Positions 62,876 to 64,000 of a DNA stretch of 64,000 bases are shown here, one piece after another. This DNA is from Naegleria gruberi (lineage: Eukaryota): the NCBI GenBank assembly GCA_000004985.1, contig GG738867.1; one strand, written 5' to 3'. The notes under the pieces were generated by a model. The model saw nothing but the letters and a program-made list of their open reading frames with translations. It was not told the DNA's origin and ran no database searches. A program made the translations under genes and the position numbers. Positions within the stretch are counted from its first letter, which is position 1. Every line of letters starts with the position of its first letter.

Positions 62876-64000
62876 ATGTCTGTCACCAAGATGGATCTCT
62901 CCATTGCGGAGAAGAAAGCCTACGACTTTCTTATTCGTCAGGAAGAAGCCAAACGTTGGATTGAAGAACTTATCCAAGAAAGTCTGCCTCCAGGCACTGC
63001 TAACTTTGGTGATAACTTGAGAGATGGTATTGCTTTGGCCAAGTTGGGTAAAATCTTTGCTCCAACAGCAATTAAGAAGATTAACACTCCAAAGTCAGGA
63101 AGTGTTTTGGAATTTATGGCTGTTGATAACATTTCCCAATTCTTTGAAGCCTGTAAGAAGGTTAATTTCCCTGATCACTATATTTTTGGTATGTGTTATA
63201 ATAGTAACAGCTTTTATTCTAATCTATTATGTTCATGTTGTTATTCAACTCGTATGATGATGATAATTTGTTGTTATTCCTTCCCTCGCTTTTTTCATCA
63301 AATCACAAAAAATAATCATCACAAAAATAATGTTCTTCCTCCTATGATGATGTTGATGGTGAATGATAATGTTATTGTTGCTTGTTCTTGATAATAGAGG
63401 TTACCGATTTGTGGGAATTGAAAAACGTTTGGAAAGTTGTTCACTGCTTACACACACTCTCCCTCCACTTGTATAGAAATGGCTTGGCCATTAGAATGCA
63501 AAACTTGCAAAAGGCTAACTTGAAGTTCTCCCGTGAAGAAATTGAAAAGACACAAAAGTTGATTGAAGACATTGCAGATAATGCTATGGCTTTCCCAGTT
63601 GATATTGAAGAAGTTGGTGAAGAAACAGATTCATCCATTGATGATGTTTTAGAAGATTTGGCTGATCCATCAATGTGTGATGCCGATGGTGAAGGTCTTA
63701 ACAAGGCAACTGCTGGTGTCGAAGCTAAATTTGTTATTACTGCAAGAGATTCTGATGGTGAAGTTCTCAAGGAAGGTAACGAATCATTCAAGGTTACCTT
63801 GTACTCTGTTAGTTTGCTGGGTCAAGATGAAAATGCTGAACGTGTTGTTATTCAAGCTAATGTTTCGAATAATGGTGATGGTACTTATGCTGTTTCTTAT
63901 ACTCCTGAAAAGGCTGGTGAATACAGAATGGAATTGGTTTTGTTCGATGAAGAAACTCAAGAAGAAGTTGATCAATTATCAAAGGTCTCTCCACAAAACG
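62876..64000 (+). CDS. Actin-crosslinker-type protein with an N-terminal IQGAP-type calponin-homology domain followed by filamin-type Ig repeats. It is partial and continues beyond the window. Structure: join(62876..63188, 63398..>64000).
   Basis: The CH domain reads AYDFLIRQEEAKRWIEELIQESLPPGTANFGDNLRDGIALAKLGKIFAP...FPDHYIFG / EVTDLWELKNVWKVVHCLHTLSLHLYRNGLA. It is split by a roughly 210-nt phase-1 intron (GTATGT..GATAATAG) and closely parallels IQGAP/Rng2 CH domains (AYDYLCRVDEAKKWIEECLG...LTDIYEGKNLPKVIYCIHALS). The downstream region GEGLNKATAGVEAKFVITARDSDGEV...GDGTYAVSYTPEKAGEYRMELV has the filamin-repeat pattern (G.G......F.I.T.DAG...V.D..DGTY.V.Y.P.E.G.H). Confidence 0.7.

Noticed and set aside
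62655-63020. A 121-aa ORF overlapping the start of the CH-domain gene.
   Set aside because: It is in a different frame, its translation is low-complexity and basic, and the downstream ATG at 62876 with the IQGAP-type CH domain is the convincing start. It is likely 5' UTR.
1-64000. Prokaryote-style features (operons, CRISPR arrays, RBS-driven genes).
   Set aside because: Genes have spliceosomal introns with GT..AG boundaries, the proteins are eukaryote-specific (CWC22, PTEN, nucleoporin, filamin repeats, F-box), and there is a pol III tRNA with a T-run terminator. There are no direct-repeat/spacer arrays.
1-64000. Assigning the sequence to Dictyostelium discoideum on the basis of the A-rich start context, CH/filamin gene and N/Q-containing proteins.
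   Set aside because: Introns here are much shorter and contain G/C. Intergenic regions are not the extreme (>85% AT) homopolymer-rich type, and poly-N/Q tracts are modest. Lineage is left open.

Overview
This is an AT-rich (about 68-70% AT), very compact eukaryotic nuclear region, not a prokaryotic one. It holds about 36 protein-coding genes on both strands, roughly one per 1.8 kb, most of them split by canonical GT..AG introns. Start codons sit in an A-rich context (aaaaATG), and intergenic spacers are typically 50-500 bp.

The introns are unusually short, 38-63 nt. Two are longer: a 532-nt intron carrying a (TTG/TTA)n microsatellite and a roughly 210-nt intron. Introns use GTAAGT, GTATGT or GTTTGT donors and AG acceptors, and there are two putative micro-exons of 11 and 19 nt. 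The standard genetic code applies, since poly-Q is encoded by CAA and ORFs end at TAA, TAG or TGA. I cannot name the organism; the content fits a protist or early-branching eukaryote (CH-domain/filamin-repeat protein, F-box proteins, 7TM-RGS protein, N-myristoylated kinases).

Confidently identified genes include:
- a secretory-pathway P-type Ca2+/Mn2+ ATPase (SPCA/PMR1-like, partial)
- a cytochrome P450
- an Integrator-4-like HEAT-repeat protein
- an alpha/beta-hydrolase
- a CAP/PR-1 secreted protein
- phosphoglucomutase-2/phosphopentomutase
- 5-formyltetrahydrofolate cyclo-ligase
- a WRAP73/WDR8 WD40 protein
- CWC22
- PTEN
- a C2-domain Ser/Thr kinase
- an FG-repeat nucleoporin
- acyl-CoA oxidase
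- an IQGAP-type CH-domain protein with filamin repeats (partial)

There is one tRNA-Ser(AGA) with a pol III T-run terminator.

The most notable features are:
- an 857-bp non-autonomous DNA transposon (a hAT-like miniature inverted-repeat element) with perfect 17-bp terminal inverted repeats and an 8-bp target-site duplication, inserted into a coding exon of an otherwise intact gene
- a three-module gene joining a prolyl-4-hydroxylase-like 2OG oxygenase, an F-box and an actin-related-protein domain
- a head-to-head pair of paralogous N-myristoylated kinases, each with a C-terminal UBR-box-like zinc finger and a conserved intron position, sharing a promoter that contains four CACGTTTT motifs
- a 7TM-RGS receptor
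- two further F-box plus transmembrane proteins
- three loci where adjacent ORFs are separated by apparent single-nucleotide frameshifts or an in-frame stop

The supplied ORF track uses alternative starts (TTG/GTG shown as M), so its start coordinates are often not true ATGs. My intron coordinates are anchored to the track but may be off by 1-2 nt.
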